A stretch of DNA of 64,000 nt from Octopus bimaculoides (taxonomy: Eukaryota): positions 165,005,352 to 165,069,351 of the forward strand of contig NC_068983.1 of NCBI RefSeq assembly GCF_001194135.2. The letters run 5' to 3'. A program made the translations under genes and the position numbers. Positions 61,801 through 64,000 of this stretch are shown piece by piece. Every line of letters starts with the position of its first letter. Position 1 is the first letter of the stretch. The notes beneath the pieces were generated by a model. The model saw only the letters and a program-made list of their open reading frames with translations, was not told where the DNA came from and made no database searches.

Positions 61801-62200
61801 CTCGCCGCGGTAGACTTAGCCTTTCGTTTTTTCAAGGTCGATTAAATAAGTACCAGTTACGCACCAGTGCGTAATCGACTTAATCCTTTGTTTGTCCCCT
61901 CTATGTTTAGCCCCCTGTGGGCAATAAAGAAATAAATATTAATTGGAACTTGCCGCGGTAGACTTTGCCTTTCATCCTTTTGGAGCCGATTAGATAAGTA
62001 CCAGTTATGCACTGGGGTCGATGTGATCGACTTAATCGTTTTGTCTGTCCTTGCTTGTCCCCTCTAGATCGACTTTGCCGCTCATTCCTTCGAGATCGAT
62101 AAAAATAAATACCAGTTGATCGGGGGGGAGGGCAATATAATCGATTTACTCTCTTCTCCGAACCTGATGACCTTGTGTCAAAATTTGAAACCAACATTTA
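61800..62200. mobile_element. Fragmented SINE family A copies (plus-strand core/tails at 61800-62100, minus-like tail after)
   Basis: Repeated gactt(t/a)gcctttc...aagtaccagtta(c/t)gcac...aatcgacttaatc...tttgtcccctct. Confidence 0.75.
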
Positions 62201-62479
62201 TTTACTGGAGCTCTAATTACGGTAATGATTATGAAGAGAAATTTAGATCCCTACCGGGTCTAACAAAACTACGCACAGTTAAAACTAACAGCCCTTCCAG
62301 CTACAACTAGAACCTTAAGAATGACGCTTTCATACCCCACATACCCGCTTTATGACCTACATTGTCNNNNNNNNNNNNNNNNNNNNNNNNNNNNNNNNNN
62401 NNNNNNNNNCCCTCCCAACAAAATTACACAATTCATACAAGACATACTGAACATAATTGTTCCTACTATGGACCGAAGG

Positions 62480-62670
62480 ACAGAAAATTTTGTGGGGTGC
62501 AGGTGGGGTCTTGTCCATTATATCAACCCCAGTGTTCCACTGATACTTAGTTTATCCCGAAAAGATGAAAGGCAAAAACAACCACAGCTGAATTTGAACT
62601 CAGAATATAAAGAGCGAGTAGAAATGTCGTTAAGCAATTTTTTTCCGAAGGGCCAACGATTCTGGCAACT
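62480..62670 (-). mobile_element. SINE family A (degenerate)
   Basis: atcccgaaaagatgaaaggcaaa...gaatttgaactcagaat. Confidence 0.65.
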
Positions 62671-62699
62671 CACCGCCACCCCACCCCCCTCCCCATCAC

Positions 62700-63010
62700 A
62701 TATTTGGCACTCCGTCAGTTACGACGACAAGTATTCCAATTGATCCGATCAACGGAACAGCCAGCTTGTGAAATTAAGATGCATGTAGCTGAGCGTTCCG
62801 TAGACACATGTACATTTGATGTAGTTCTAAAGGAGATTCAGCGTGACACAAGATGTGACAAAGCTGGACCCCTTTGGATTACAGGTACAATACATTTTTA
62901 CCAGATGAGTAGACTGTAGCAACGTGAAATAAACTGTCTTGCTGAAAGCGAATCGAACTCTCAACGTTATGATGGTGAGCCGAATACCCGAACCACTGAG
63001 TCACGCGCCT
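62700..63010 (-). mobile_element. SINE family C variant
   Basis: Reverse strand head ggcgcgtgactcagtggttcgggtattcgg...gagttcgattc; tail ccgttgatcggatcaattgga...gtaactgacggagtgcc as at 10340-10385. Confidence 0.8.
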
Positions 63011-63594
63011 TAACCCATATTCTACATAATGGTCGCCCAATAATATACCCGACGGACCCAGCTCATACGTCCAACCAGACACCATGATACATTCTTTACA
63101 TAATTAACATCCGCCATTATAACACACCTTTTGTAACACTGTAAATACTATTATGTCGATCTCCAATAATAATTATATTCTACAGGATCATCTCCCCACC
63201 CCCATCCCTATAGTATACCATAACGCACTGAGTTTATACACATCCATATCCAATAAAATGATACAATACATATATTTTTACGTATTCAACTTCCGATATT
63301 GTTACATATTCCATACAAACATTACACAATGACCAAAACATTACACAACACATGGGAAATACAGTCACTAACCAACAGATCAACACATCCAACATATTGC
63401 ATATATTCATCACAATAAACAGACATTAAAGTAACACCAGAAGCAACGAAAGGATTACAACAACAAAGAAAAATCAAATGCAGGATAGAGACAGCTCTTC
63501 TGTCTCGAAAGCCAAAAACTGCATAAGCTTCGAGGCCACGGAAATTGCGTCTGGTTGTACAATAAAAACTGGCAGGAAATCTTTGAAGACAAAA

Positions 63595-64000
63595 TATTGG
63601 CCTCAAATTTTGGAACAAGGCCAGCAATTTCAGGGGAGGGGTTAAGTCGGTTACATTGACCTCCATTTCCCAGCTGGTACGTATTTTATCGACTTCGGCG
63701 GAATTTGAACTCTGAAAGTTAAAGACGGACGAAATGCCGCTAAGCCAGCAGTTCCCAACGTCTTTGCACTCGCGACCCTTACCCAGCTACCCCTTACTAT
63801 GAGCAGAGCATGAAAAATGAAATTGATGAGCTGAAACTAATATTACCCCAAGCCACTTCCAGTAAAGCTACGCGAACCCCTGGGAAGGCTTCGTGACACC
63901 CCAGATGTTCGAGGGAACCACCGGTTGGGAACCCCTGCGCTAAGCATTTAGCTTGGCATGCTGACGATTCTTTTCTACTCAAGGCACAAGGCCCGAAATT
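63595..64000 (-). mobile_element. SINE family A interrupted by a hAT MITE
   Basis: gaaatgccgctaagc|insert|cgctaagcattt...gcatgctgacgattc. Confidence 0.75.
63746..63937. mobile_element. hAT (Charlie-like) MITE, 192 bp
   Basis: TIRs cagcagttcccaac / gttgggaacccctg; perfect 8-bp TSD CGCTAAGC (63738-63745, 63938-63945) with central TA. Confidence 0.88.

Noticed and set aside
63481-63512. 7-bp hairpin GAGACAG/CUGUCUC followed by GAAAGC
   Set aside because: No CUGANGA box or stem III/I

Overview
AT-rich, microsatellite-dense eukaryotic genomic DNA with nine N gaps. The repeat families look like those of octopod cephalopods (Octopus); this is my recognition of the SINE/LINE consensus sequences, not a database result. 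I can support no intact host protein-coding exon. Nearly all long ORFs in the track are microsatellite read-throughs or transposon relics. The window contains: a full-length decayed mariner, a Tc1 element and an internally deleted mariner; several R4/Dong-like (restriction-like endonuclease, RLE) LINE relics; an RTE LINE 3' relic; a Penelope-like (PLE) GIY-YIG 3' end; four tRNA-derived SINE families, two of them forming head-to-tail arrays; and small mariner and hAT MITEs. The most unusual signal is a set of short non-autonomous repeats carrying minimal type-I hammerhead ribozyme (HHR) folds (stem I-CUGANGA/CCGANGA-stem II-GAAA-palindromic stem III-UH-stem I). They recur in at least five unrelated sequence families, often as divergent inverted pairs next to (TA)n or (TAA)n. 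One family joins a tRNA-like Pol III head to the HHR tail, i.e. a candidate ribozyme-bearing SINE. Ribozyme activity is inferred from fold only. A candidate bidirectional promoter/first-exon pair lies at about 16460-16625.
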